Of a stretch of 64,000 bases of DNA, positions 18,590 to 27,997 are shown in pieces. The notes under the pieces are model-generated. The model did no database searches, had not been told where the DNA came from, and saw only the letters and a list, made by a program, of their open reading frames with translations. The stretch comes from a virus. The first letter of the stretch is position 1. The number at the start of each line of letters is the position of its first letter. Location of the stretch: positions 1 to 64,000 of IMG/VR virus record IMGVR_UViG_3300017991_000072; one strand, given 5' to 3'. The translations under genes and the position numbers were made by a program.

Positions 18590-19153
18590 CTAGCCTCCGA
18601 ACGCTGAACCGTTTTCCACCAAGATGGCCGCCACGTTAGGCGGGACCAGGTAGATTTCTCCTTCTTTACAGTGTGGGAATTCCGAAATCCAGCGGAACCT
18701 GAAGCCCTTGGACTTCATCATGGGAGGGGTGTTCAGCGTCTTCAACAGCCGGATGGGGACTAGCCCCGCTTCCTTGGCCGCCTGTGGGGTCTTGGCGGAC
18801 CTGGGATAGTGGGGCTTCTGATTGGAAAGCTTCATCATGATCTCTCTGTTCAGAGAGTCACAGATTTCCTTTTCCGCCACCGGTTCTTCCGCCGCCGCGC
18901 TGTCCCGCCCGTCCTCCGTTTCTTCGTTGGTGGGCGTAGGCGCTGAAGGGGCTTCTTCCGGGGCTTCATCAGCTTCATCCTCCACGAACTCCGGGGGCTC
19001 CACAGCTTCAGCCTCTTCCGTGGCCTCTTCCGTGGTGGGCTCCTCTGGAGTCTCTTCTTCCGAAGGTTGGACCGCTTCTTCCTCCTCCACGGTTTCCACC
19101 GGGATCTGGTCTTCCTTCTCTGTCTTTTTCACTGGTCTCCTGGACTTCGCCAT
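18590..19153 (-). CDS. Acidic head-associated hypothetical protein
   Basis: Glu-rich N-half; directly downstream of capsid gene with AGGAGG SD. Confidence 0.6.
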   Translation of the reverse strand: MAKSRRPVKKTEKEDQIPVETVEEEEAVQPSEEETPEEPTTEEATEEAEAVEPPEFVEDEADEAPEEAPSAPTPTNEETEDGRDSAAAEEPVAEKEICDSLNREIMMKLSNQKPHYPRSAKTPQAAKEAGLVPIRLLKTLNTPPMMKSKGFRFRWISEFPHCKEGEIYLVPPNVAAILVENGSAFGG

Positions 19154-19200
19154 TAGCTGACCTCCTGTTGTGTCAAGTGATCAGGAAGGCCGCCTGTTCT

Positions 19201-20169
19201 TTAGGCGGACTCCCCAATGACCACGTGGCCACCTTCGATCAGCCCGACGCCCCAAATTCCGTACCACGCCAACTTATGACGCCTTCCGAAATCCTTCACG
19301 CCGTCATCTCTCAGTTCCGCCTCCAGGGAGACAGCCAAGCCAAGGGAGTGATCCCCCACCATGATGGCCCTGTAGACATCCACGGTAGGAATGTCAAGGG
19401 TATCTTCACCCGTGTCCAGGCCATCAGCCCAGATGTTCCCCGCGTCATCCACGTAGGGGATCATGGTGGTTTCGATGAACCTCACGTCCTCATACCTTCC
19501 GATTTCTCCACGGAAGATCTGGTCCGGGGCTCCGTAGTGGCTGGCGTCAACCCAGTGTTCATCATCCCGCAGACGCCGCGCCTGGTGGGGATGGATGAAA
19601 CACACGTAGGCGTCCCCGTTGATCTTGGGGGCCTTGTTCGTGGCCAAGATTTCAACCATGTCCTTGACCATCTCTGTGTCGAAATAGTCAGTCCCTCCGA
19701 TGGCCGCCCTGTTGGCCGCCGTCCCCGCGAAGACCACGTTGGACGCCGTCAACAGCTCATCACGGAGCATTCCGTCCCGATACTTGGCCATGTGGTGACC
19801 CAACATGGTGGCGGAGTCGGAAAGGATGTCCGTGAAGGCCGTCCGAAGGGCGAATTCGGTCACCTGAAGGGCTTTCCCGTGTTCAGACACAGTGATCTGG
19901 ATCTGGGAGGCCGTCAGGTTGTCCGTTTCCATGTCCACGTTCTCCTCCAGCGCCGCGTCACCCGTCAGGGCCGCGTAGCGGAGGAAATTGATGGTCCGCC
20001 CGGGAACAACAGACAGCTCTTCCTTCCTGGAGGCTATCTGTTCAAAGCGGAGGAGGGGTTGGGCCTGGAAAAGAATTTCCCGGCTGTAGATCTCCATGAT
20101 GGCCGGAGTGATGGGAACCGCGTTGGGGTCTCCCCCTGCTGCTACTGCTGAAGTAATGTTGTCAGGCAT
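19201..20169 (-). CDS. Major capsid protein (N4-gp56-like family, HK97 fold)
   Basis: PG.TINF.RY, EHG.A, YVCFIHPHQ..LR, GEIGRYEDVRFIET, DFGR.H.LAWY motifs. Confidence 0.9.
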   Translation of the reverse strand: MPDNITSAVAAGGDPNAVPITPAIMEIYSREILFQAQPLLRFEQIASRKEELSVVPGRTINFLRYAALTGDAALEENVDMETDNLTASQIQITVSEHGKALQVTEFALRTAFTDILSDSATMLGHHMAKYRDGMLRDELLTASNVVFAGTAANRAAIGGTDYFDTEMVKDMVEILATNKAPKINGDAYVCFIHPHQARRLRDDEHWVDASHYGAPDQIFRGEIGRYEDVRFIETTMIPYVDDAGNIWADGLDTGEDTLDIPTVDVYRAIMVGDHSLGLAVSLEAELRDDGVKDFGRRHKLAWYGIWGVGLIEGGHVVIGESA

Positions 20170-20221
20170 TTCCTAAACTCCTTCTTTGACAGGAGCCGCT
20201 GACCTCCGGCCGTCCTTCAAT

Positions 20222-21067
20222 CTATCGCTGGTTTGGATACTTCCGCGCCAGTTCCGCGTGAAGGTTCTTCCGTGAAGCCGCGAACTCTTCATCTGTCATT
20301 GACCGGACCTTGGCCGCCATGGCGGAGTCCGCGTCAGCCACCCCAGGCTGGAATTCTCCTCTTCCAGCTCCGTGACCGGCTGGCGGGGGTGTCCCACCAT
20401 TGGACTGACCTTGTCCAGCTTCTCCTTGTTCCTTGGTTCCAGGTTTCGCGCTGTCAACAGTTCTCTGCCACACAGACCGGGCTCTGGCGTAGGAGTCGTC
20501 AATCTCCTCTTCCGTGTTACCGGCTACCAGCTCTTCAATGATCTGGCCTCCAGCCTCCTGGATCTTCGCCGCCCGATACTCCGCCAAGTCCTTCTTCCGT
20601 AGTGTCTCCCGTAGTTCAGCCGTCTCTGAAGCGTGTTTCGTCTGGATGGCTTCAAGCTGTTGGTCAAACTGAACCTTCAGCTTGGTGGCCACTTCTTCAG
20701 TAGCCGCTTCGATCCGCTGGTCAATCTTTTCCGCCGTGGACTTCTTGGGCTTGGCTTCCTCCCCTTCCTTGGGGGTGGCCTGTTGACCGCTCTTTTCAAG
20801 GTCTGATAGACGGGCCTTCAAGGCTTCGTTCTCGCTTTGGATGGCCGCCGCTTTTTCCTCCACAGCCGCCGCCCTGTCTAGCTGGTTCTGAAGCTTCGTC
20901 CGCTCTTCCATCCTGACCTTATCCCTAAACTTGTCAATGTCCTGGGGAACCTTGGGCTCTTCCTGGCTCTTGGCCTCCTGGCCCGTGGTCTCCGTGGACT
21001 GTTCTTGGCCCTTCTGGGCCTCTTTTCCCTGGGCCTCCTGGCCCGCCTTTTCCTCTTGGCCTTCCAT
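20222..21067 (-). CDS. Capsid scaffolding protein
   Basis: Charged coiled coil ending in MTDEEFAASR helix, immediately upstream of capsid gene. Confidence 0.75.
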   Translation of the reverse strand: MEGQEEKAGQEAQGKEAQKGQEQSTETTGQEAKSQEEPKVPQDIDKFRDKVRMEERTKLQNQLDRAAAVEEKAAAIQSENEALKARLSDLEKSGQQATPKEGEEAKPKKSTAEKIDQRIEAATEEVATKLKVQFDQQLEAIQTKHASETAELRETLRKKDLAEYRAAKIQEAGGQIIEELVAGNTEEEIDDSYARARSVWQRTVDSAKPGTKEQGEAGQGQSNGGTPPPAGHGAGRGEFQPGVADADSAMAAKVRSMTDEEFAASRKNLHAELARKYPNQR

Positions 21068-21132
21068 TCCGTCTCCTTTTCAGTGTGAAGTAGTCAGAGG
21101 ATTTCAAGGGGTCACGTGACCCCTGGTTTCAC

Positions 21133-21375
21133 CTACCAGATCTTCTGTCCCTGGGGACCCACGGGCCTGTTGGACCAATAGGTTCCGCTACGGACGGGCT
21201 GGTTCATTCCCTTCCCCGTCATCTCCGAATGACGGACCGGCTGGTGTTTGGAACCCTTCATTCCCTGGTTCCTTCCCTTGGACTTGGAGAACTTCCCCGC
21301 CAAGGGGCCGGTGTTCTTGGGGTACTTTCCAGCCATTCCACGATCTCTTCCGTTTCCTAGCTTAGGCATTGTCAA
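21133..21375 (-). CDS. Small basic (K/R/G-rich) protein
   Basis: Between portal and scaffold, coupled to portal stop. Confidence 0.5.
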   Translation of the reverse strand: MTMPKLGNGRDRGMAGKYPKNTGPLAGKFSKSKGRNQGMKGSKHQPVRHSEMTGKGMNQPVRSGTYWSNRPVGPQGQKIW

Positions 21376-23105
21376 GCCTCCTGTTCTTCTTCTTCTTCAG
21401 GTTCCGCCTCTTCTTCCGCCGCTTCCTCTTGGGGGGTCTCCGTCTCTTCCGTTTCAGGTTCAGCTATAGCCGCCACCTGTTCTTCAATCTGGGAGACTGT
21501 GTCCGCGCTGTCCAGGACTATCTTGTCCAGGTCCGTCCACATTTCCATCAGGCCAGTCAAGAGGGACAAAGACCCAAGAGACAGCGCCCGAAGGTTGGGG
21601 ATGGCTCCGGCGGAAGCCTTGGCCCGTTCAACATCCGTCAGAAGTAGCTCCCTGGCGTCCGCCAGTAGCTCTATGGCCTTCTGTGGGATGTTCTCTACGC
21701 CAAGCTTCTCCAGGGCTCCAAGCTTGGACTCCAGACCCATGTCAAGGAGTCTCTGAAGGATGTCTAGCTTTTCGCCTTGGTCCGTGGGGAGGGGTGATGG
21801 GAATTCAACTGTGAACCGCGTGGCTTTGGCGGGATCTTCAATGTTTCGCGTGATGGGGATGTCAAGAAATCCCTCCGCTATCCGTATTATAGTACCAGCC
21901 GTCTCCACAAGTCCAGCCCCGTAGGTCAATTCCTTCCGCTTGGCCTTTTCAATAGAAGGTAGAAACAAGGTCTTCAGGGCCGCCTCTGACGTGTTGGCCA
22001 GCCCTGGGATCTCCGATAGCGCCGCCATGGGAGTGTTGGAGAATTCCCCCAAGGACAGCTTGATCATCTCCATGTATTGGTTGGCTATGGTCAGCTCCCC
22101 CTGTAGCTGTAGGTTCTCCACCCTGGCGTCCGCCGGGAGACACCACAGCCTGTAGGCCGCCTTCTCCAACTGGCTGGCCCTGGCCCCGAAGATCAGCGTG
22201 ACAGGCTTGGCGTGGTAGTCCATGATCTCCCTGACCGCCGTGGCCGCCGTGTTCAGGTCTTGGTTCAGCTCCTTGATGGGGTCAATGTCCGCGAACCCGA
22301 AGGCTGACGTGGCCAAGGGAAGGTTGGCGATATGGGCCACGCCAATCTCCCCCAGTTTATTGGGGTACGGGGACCCAGGAACTTCCGCCCTGTTCACCCA
22401 TTCCCTGATCTCTGTGGGGGTGATGTAAAGAGAATAGAGCGCCTTGTTCCGCTGGACCGCGTCAGGGTCCAGGGCCACCACCACAGGGCTGGCCGTGCTG
22501 ATGGGATACTGGATCAGACAGGCTTCCATCTTGGTGTAGTCAGGATTGTAGACAGGGTAGACGTAGGCTGAATTCAGGGACCTGACGCTGATGAACCATT
22601 CACTCTTGGGTAGCTCCCGCCGCTGTCCCGTGGTGGGATCCAGGACACCCGTGACCAAGGTGGTCTGGATGTAGGCGTCCCCAGACACAGAGCCCACCTG
22701 GAAAAGGTCATAGACCAGCCTGGGGTAGTCATTCATGTCAAGGACCAGGTTGACCACGTCCGCCGCGTATTCATTCCCTGGGATGGCCTTGATGATGGGA
22801 GGGGTGGCCGCCATCCAGTCCACGGACTTGTCCACCAGGGTCCTACAGTAGTTCAGGACCATCTTCTTCTTCCCGTCCTTCGTCATCTGTTGGAACTGGT
22901 CCCCACGGTAGAACGCCCAGTTCTCTCTGTAGCGGAAGAGCCGCTGGATGGCCGCGTTCCTCCAGTCCAGTTCCAAGAACCCGTCATACGGTTCAAAGAC
23001 AGCTTCCCCCATGATGGCGGAAGTCAGATAGGCGTCAGTCCTCCCCGCGAAGGTGGACCGCCTGATGTTCTGGACCAGAGAATTGACCGTAGACCTGACA
23101 GACAT
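21372..23105 (-). CDS. Portal protein (SPP1 gp6-like)
   Basis: FYRGDQ, LNYCRTLVDKS, GSVSGDAY, HIANLP..FG.ADI, TSEAAL motifs; follows terminase. Confidence 0.9.
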   Translation of the reverse strand: MSVRSTVNSLVQNIRRSTFAGRTDAYLTSAIMGEAVFEPYDGFLELDWRNAAIQRLFRYRENWAFYRGDQFQQMTKDGKKKMVLNYCRTLVDKSVDWMAATPPIIKAIPGNEYAADVVNLVLDMNDYPRLVYDLFQVGSVSGDAYIQTTLVTGVLDPTTGQRRELPKSEWFISVRSLNSAYVYPVYNPDYTKMEACLIQYPISTASPVVVALDPDAVQRNKALYSLYITPTEIREWVNRAEVPGSPYPNKLGEIGVAHIANLPLATSAFGFADIDPIKELNQDLNTAATAVREIMDYHAKPVTLIFGARASQLEKAAYRLWCLPADARVENLQLQGELTIANQYMEMIKLSLGEFSNTPMAALSEIPGLANTSEAALKTLFLPSIEKAKRKELTYGAGLVETAGTIIRIAEGFLDIPITRNIEDPAKATRFTVEFPSPLPTDQGEKLDILQRLLDMGLESKLGALEKLGVENIPQKAIELLADARELLLTDVERAKASAGAIPNLRALSLGSLSLLTGLMEMWTDLDKIVLDSADTVSQIEEQVAAIAEPETEETETPQEEAAEEEAEPEEEEEQEA

Positions 23106-23114
23106 GTGGTTCTC

Positions 23115-24815
23115 CTATGCGAACAAGAAATTCTCCTGGTGGACCTCCACCACAGACCCTACAGGGGGTGTGTTGGCCGCCAGGTTCGCCAACATGGCGC
23201 TGTCACAGTAGTCATCCCTGGCTGACTTTTCATCCGGACAATGACACTTCATCAGGTCTCCCGTATAGCTTTTCTGTAGATCCAACATTTGATGGACAAA
23301 CCGCTTCCATCTCTTGTCCTTCTGGGCCTCCTGGCCCGCCGGGAACTTGAAGCGGCCTGACACTATATCCGTGTGGAGTATCTTGTATCCTTCGCTTTTC
23401 CTTGGAGCCGTCAGGACAACACCTTCAACTTCAACCCTGTCCCCTATCTCCGTGATGAACCGGTCCAATAGAACAGCCCCCAGACCCGTGGCGTCTACAG
23501 AGATCTTCTGAAGGTTGGGGATCTTCAGAAGGTAGTCCACGATGGCCGCGAACTGGATTTCATAGTTATCCCCTTGGATCTCCAGCCAGTCTATGATGGA
23601 CTTGGTGTAGGCTTCAAAGTAGGCGTTCCCTTCGCTGGAGAAGGACTCCACAGCCTGACAGATCGTGGGGTCATCCCAGTCCACTTCCGCTACCGTGACC
23701 ACTGTGGAAGACTGGCCCTTTCCAAAGTCTATCCCCGCCGCCTGGTATAGGTTGGCGTCCGCCTTCCCCAGAAGGGAGTAGCGCCCTGCCTTCACACAGA
23801 CGATAGGAGCGAATAGCTGATCAGGGGTGACGAACTGGCCGCGTTCAAGGACCCATTCACACAGGTAGGACATCCTGAATTCATCGCTGTCCGCCCCGTA
23901 GTGGTCCATCTCCTGTTTGACGAAGTCTCCATAGAGGGAGTTATAGGCCGCCGCCGTCAGCCAGTTGTATTCAAAATGATCCTGTTTTCCGCCCTGAAGC
24001 CTCCGCTCCATGTTGGCCTTGATCATGTGGTGGAATTCACCCTTCTGGGTAGTGGCCGTTCCTACCGCCATGGTGGTTCCCTTTGTGGCCGCTATCATGG
24101 GACGGAGGGACTTCTTGATCTTCCTGGAGGAGATGTCCTGGGCCTCCTCCAGGGCCAGGATGTCATGGGTGGATCCTTCCACCTTGGACTGTTCGCTGGC
24201 CGAACAGGCCCGGATCTCTGATCCGTTGGTCAGCCTGACCGTGTCCCTGTTCCAGGTGTCACATTCAATCCCCAGTTCCTCCAGGATCTCCTTGGCTTCG
24301 TTCGTCTTCAGGTCCTTCATCAGACGCCTGAACTGGATCTGGGCCTGTTCCAGCTTGGGAGCGTAGATCCCCACTGAAATCCCGTTCTTGAAGCCTCTGT
24401 AGCGCCCTTGTTCGTCCGTCAGGTTGAACCGCCAGTCCCGTTCAAACTCCGGGTCATTGGCTATAACAGGAAGAAGGATGGCCATGGCCGCCAAGATGGC
24501 CGCCACCATCTCCGTCTTCCCGCTCTGGCGGGAGAAGAGCGCCGTGACCGTGGCCCCTTCGTGGAGTAGGACAGACTCCACCAGCCTGGCCGCTGGCGTG
24601 ATCTGGTAGGGGTAGAACTGGATCCCAGAGATCATCTGGGCTGTCTGAATGACTACAGACACCAGGTCCTTGGTGGGGACCTTGGCGTCCGCTTCAGACG
24701 TGTAGGGAGTACAGATGGGACACATGGCGTCAGCCGTCTGGCCGCCTGTAGCCCTCTTCCTCCGCGTCCTCCGCTTCTTAGCTGGTTTGACCTGTTCTAC
24801 CTGGATCTGGGACAT
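23115..24815 (-). CDS. terL: Terminase large subunit
   Basis: Walker A SRQSGKT, Walker B LALEEAQD, coupling motif VGT, nuclease motifs GIDFGK, DATGLG, DDYCDS. Confidence 0.95.
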   Translation of the reverse strand: MSQIQVEQVKPAKKRRTRRKRATGGQTADAMCPICTPYTSEADAKVPTKDLVSVVIQTAQMISGIQFYPYQITPAARLVESVLLHEGATVTALFSRQSGKTEMVAAILAAMAILLPVIANDPEFERDWRFNLTDEQGRYRGFKNGISVGIYAPKLEQAQIQFRRLMKDLKTNEAKEILEELGIECDTWNRDTVRLTNGSEIRACSASEQSKVEGSTHDILALEEAQDISSRKIKKSLRPMIAATKGTTMAVGTATTQKGEFHHMIKANMERRLQGGKQDHFEYNWLTAAAYNSLYGDFVKQEMDHYGADSDEFRMSYLCEWVLERGQFVTPDQLFAPIVCVKAGRYSLLGKADANLYQAAGIDFGKGQSSTVVTVAEVDWDDPTICQAVESFSSEGNAYFEAYTKSIIDWLEIQGDNYEIQFAAIVDYLLKIPNLQKISVDATGLGAVLLDRFITEIGDRVEVEGVVLTAPRKSEGYKILHTDIVSGRFKFPAGQEAQKDKRWKRFVHQMLDLQKSYTGDLMKCHCPDEKSARDDYCDSAMLANLAANTPPVGSVVEVHQENFLFA

Positions 24816-24963
24816 GTCCGCCTGGTTTCTTCCACCTGGCCTTGATGGCCAGGGCTTCAGAAGAACTTAGGCGTGTGGGGGGTGTGTCTGATGGGCGTGT
24901 TTTCGTGATGTTCTTCTTGATGGTGGCCCCCGTGGGGACCTCTTTTTTGATCTTCTGGGCCAT
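24778..24963 (-). CDS. Small basic protein
   Basis: TAATG coupling to upstream basic gene. Confidence 0.5.
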   Translation of the reverse strand: MAQKIKKEVPTGATIKKNITKTRPSDTPPTRLSSSEALAIKARWKKPGGHVPDPGRTGQTS

Positions 24964-25153
24964 TATCGCTTCTTCCTCTTCCGTAGCCTGGCCCGCGCCT
25001 TCTTGGGGGTGACCCCTGTCTTCTTGGCGAAGGTGGACAGAGCCACCTTCTTCCCTTTGACTATGGGCTTCTTTCCTTGGGCCACCCTACGAAGGTTCCG
25101 CCGCCTGGCCGCCCCAAGGGCCTTCAGAGACTTCCTCCGTCCTGGTGTACCCA

Positions 25154-25154
<1 letters not shown>
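24963..25154 (-). CDS. Highly basic protein MGTPGRRK..RLRKRKKR (63 aa)
   Basis: AGGAGG SD before ATG at 25154; start revised from ORF track. Confidence 0.6.
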
Positions 25155-25218
<64 letters not shown>

Positions 25219-25219
<1 letters not shown>

Positions 25220-25527
25220 CATGGACCTCCGTTCCCTTGGCGTTCAATATCGCGTTGGGCCTCTTCAAGCTGTTGGATCAGCTCCGTGACTTTGGACTGA
25301 AGGTCAGGAACCAGACATTGGCGCTGACTTAGGGCCGTGACCAAACTGACCACAGCCTGACCCAGGGTTACCACGGAGACGGAATTTTTATCCACAGCCC
25401 TGGCCATCACCTTCATGGCTTCGTTCTGGTCCTTCTGTTGATCTCTGGACCACTTCAACATGATGATGACAGCTACCAGGACGATCCCCGCCGTCCCAAG
25501 ATCAGCCAACCAAGATAGTTCATTCAA
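25219..25527 (-). CDS. Holin-like membrane protein (single N-terminal TM plus coiled coil, BhlA-like layout)
   Basis: LGTAGIVLVAVIIMLKW TM segment; TTG start with AGGAGG SD. Confidence 0.45.
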
Positions 25528-26731
25528 TGTAGCCTCCTGACCCTGTTTCTTCATCCGCCACGCCGCCAGTCAGGCCGTGACCTGAACCCGTGGAAGCCGA
25601 AGAAGCCCGGCTGGCGTAGACGCCCGCCTGTTCGTTGGTCAAAGTGATGGTCCCCGCGTTGTCAGGGGTGGTCACCTGACCGTTCCCATCTATGTCAAAG
25701 TAGTCAGCGCCGGTCCCCACCACCTGGTAGAGCCCGTCCGTGATCCCCGCGTTCCCCGTGATGTCAACCCAGACGCCGTAGTCCTGGTCATTCTGGGACA
25801 GAGCCCCACAGGTGATCCTCCAGACATCTCCGCCCTGGTCCGCCACGTTGGTGATGGTCTTTCCAGCCCCACAGGTCACGTCCGCCTTGATGGACACATA
25901 GCTGGAATGGCGTGTCTGGACCGCCCGTTTACAGGACTGGATCACCGTGTTCTCCACGGAGCCCTTGGAATTCCCCACCAGGTATATCCCCGCTTCCTCC
26001 CTGGCGATATAACAGCCCGTGACCACGATGTTCCCCGCTTCAATGACGTAGATCCCCGTCCTGTTGGCCGCGTAGGCGTCATCCGCTATCAGACAGTCCT
26101 TGACCGTCACGTCATCACATTGGGAGATGGCCACGCCGCCGCCGTTGTTCTCCATCCCGTAGACCTTCAGGCCGTCCAGGATGACTCCGTTGGACCTGGC
26201 CACGATGACCGCCACTGTGGCCGGAGCGCCAAGACTGGGGAAGACAGCGCCAAGGGGGTTCTCCGCCTTGATCCGTAGCTTCCCAGTTCCCTGACATTTC
26301 ACGCCGTCCACCCAGATCCACGCCGGAACGCTGACAGTCCCGTAGGGATGAACCGTCAGCTCCCTGGTGATGGGATTGGAAGCGTAGGTCCCGTCCGCCA
26401 ACTGGATGGTCACTTCACAGTTCTTGACGGACTTCCCCGCTACCAGCGCCAAGGCCGCGTTCACGGAAGCCAATGGGTTGACATCCGCGCCTGATCCCTC
26501 CGCGTCATCCCCTCCCGTGGGGTCCACGTAGATGGTCAGGGGCTTGGTGATGGTCTCTTCCTTCATCCTGATGGCCATATATTGGTCAGGCGTCAGGATC
26601 TTCAGTCCCCCGCCGCCATCCCTGACCACGTAGTCCCCAATGTCCCCGTGGACCGTGTAGCCAGGAGAAGGAAACACCTTCCCTATCTCCATGTCCACGG
26701 GAGCCGCCAGGACCTCAACTATTTCATACAT
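25520..26731 (-). CDS. Right-handed beta-helix protein 3
   Basis: IYVDPTGGDD..NPLASVNAAL..LADGTY cap followed by beta-helix rungs. Confidence 0.7.
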   Translation of the reverse strand: MYEIVEVLAAPVDMEIGKVFPSPGYTVHGDIGDYVVRDGGGGLKILTPDQYMAIRMKEETITKPLTIYVDPTGGDDAEGSGADVNPLASVNAALALVAGKSVKNCEVTIQLADGTYASNPITRELTVHPYGTVSVPAWIWVDGVKCQGTGKLRIKAENPLGAVFPSLGAPATVAVIVARSNGVILDGLKVYGMENNGGGVAISQCDDVTVKDCLIADDAYAANRTGIYVIEAGNIVVTGCYIAREEAGIYLVGNSKGSVENTVIQSCKRAVQTRHSSYVSIKADVTCGAGKTITNVADQGGDVWRITCGALSQNDQDYGVWVDITGNAGITDGLYQVVGTGADYFDIDGNGQVTTPDNAGTITLTNEQAGVYASRASSASTGSGHGLTGGVADEETGSGGYIE

Positions 26732-26740
26732 GGTGACCTC

Positions 26741-27997
26741 CTATGATCCCACCCTGATGACTCCGCCGTTGAATTCACTGTCCAAGCCTGAACCTTTAAT
26801 GGAAGATGTCCCTGATCTCCAGATCACGCCGTTGTCCTCCGCCCTGTGGGCCGCGTTTTTCTGGGAAGGCGTGGCCACACCTGTCTGTCCCAGGTTTTCC
26901 TCCATGGGCACTTCTGAAGCGTCCACGTCCAGGTAGTTAGGACCAGCGCCAGCGTTCAAGACCCGAAGGTTGGCGTTATTGACCAGGGGAGTCAGCCCCG
27001 TGGTCTTGACCCATCGTAGGAAGTCCTGTTCATCCTGGGTCAGAGTCTCCGAAATTAGAAGCCTGAAGACATCTCCACCCATGTCCTGGACGCCTGTGAC
27101 CGTCAAAGACCGTCCACTGGTACAGTCATTGTCAACCGTAAGGACTCCACAGCTTTCCGCTTTGACTCCGTACTTGTTACTGTGGACCGTACACTTGGAC
27201 AGCCCCACGAAAGAACCGAAGCCTGACACCGCCCCTTCACTGAAGCCCGCCAGATAACATTCCGTGGCCGTGACGTATTCGCTGTTCAGCGGAAAAATGG
27301 CCGGGAAGAATGGGGGGCTCAACAGACCAGGGGGGTCAGGGTAGGCGTCCGCCATGTAACAGTTGAAGAAATGGACAGACTTGGACTGGCTGATACCGGC
27401 CAGCCCGCGTATCTTCATTCTGTGGATCTGGATGTTCTCACACAAGAGAATAGCCAGACCATAGGTGTTCCACGTGAAGTATCCGGGGCCTTCACCCTGG
27501 ATGATGAACTGTCCACCGGCTACTCCAGAGATCCTTCTAGGGCAACAGTAGGATGTCCCTGGAACCGTGATCCACCCTACGTCCCTGGAGTAGATGTATT
27601 CAACCCCAGACCATTCATTCAGGGAGTAGTCACCGTCCGCCACATGAAGCGTGACGGTAGTGGCCTCTATGGTCTTCCCTTCCATCTGGCCCAAGACCTT
27701 CTCAAATGACCTCCAGGGGTTGGCCTCTGTCCCGTCCCCAACAGCATCATCCCCCGTTGGGGAGATGTAGATGTCCGTGGGCGTGTTGATCACAGACTGG
27801 GCCAGCCGCCAGGCCGTGAAGTCTTCGTCCTTCACTATGACCTGGTAGCCGTCTTCGTAAGTTATCAGCCAGTCCGGGTAGTCCCCGGAGATCTCCTCCG
27901 TGTAGATTGGGGTCCCACCTGGACCGTCCAAGGCTTCCCTTGGCGTGATGGTGGTAGGCCCCGTCAACTGAACCGCTGTGTATCTTGGCGCACTCAT
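26741..27997 (-). CDS. Right-handed beta-helix protein 2
   Basis: IYISPTGDD..GTEANPWRS..VADGDY cap. Confidence 0.7.
   Translation of the reverse strand: MSAPRYTAVQLTGPTTITPREALDGPGGTPIYTEEISGDYPDWLITYEDGYQVIVKDEDFTAWRLAQSVINTPTDIYISPTGDDAVGDGTEANPWRSFEKVLGQMEGKTIEATTVTLHVADGDYSLNEWSGVEYIYSRDVGWITVPGTSYCCPRRISGVAGGQFIIQGEGPGYFTWNTYGLAILLCENIQIHRMKIRGLAGISQSKSVHFFNCYMADAYPDPPGLLSPPFFPAIFPLNSEYVTATECYLAGFSEGAVSGFGSFVGLSKCTVHSNKYGVKAESCGVLTVDNDCTSGRSLTVTGVQDMGGDVFRLLISETLTQDEQDFLRWVKTTGLTPLVNNANLRVLNAGAGPNYLDVDASEVPMEENLGQTGVATPSQKNAAHRAEDNGVIWRSGTSSIKGSGLDSEFNGGVIRVGS

Noticed and set aside
19168-20151. Long antisense ORFs (also 32419..33858, 45582..46454, 47290..48351)
   Set aside because: Shadows of real genes caused by GC-rich codon usage; no SD or recognisable motifs
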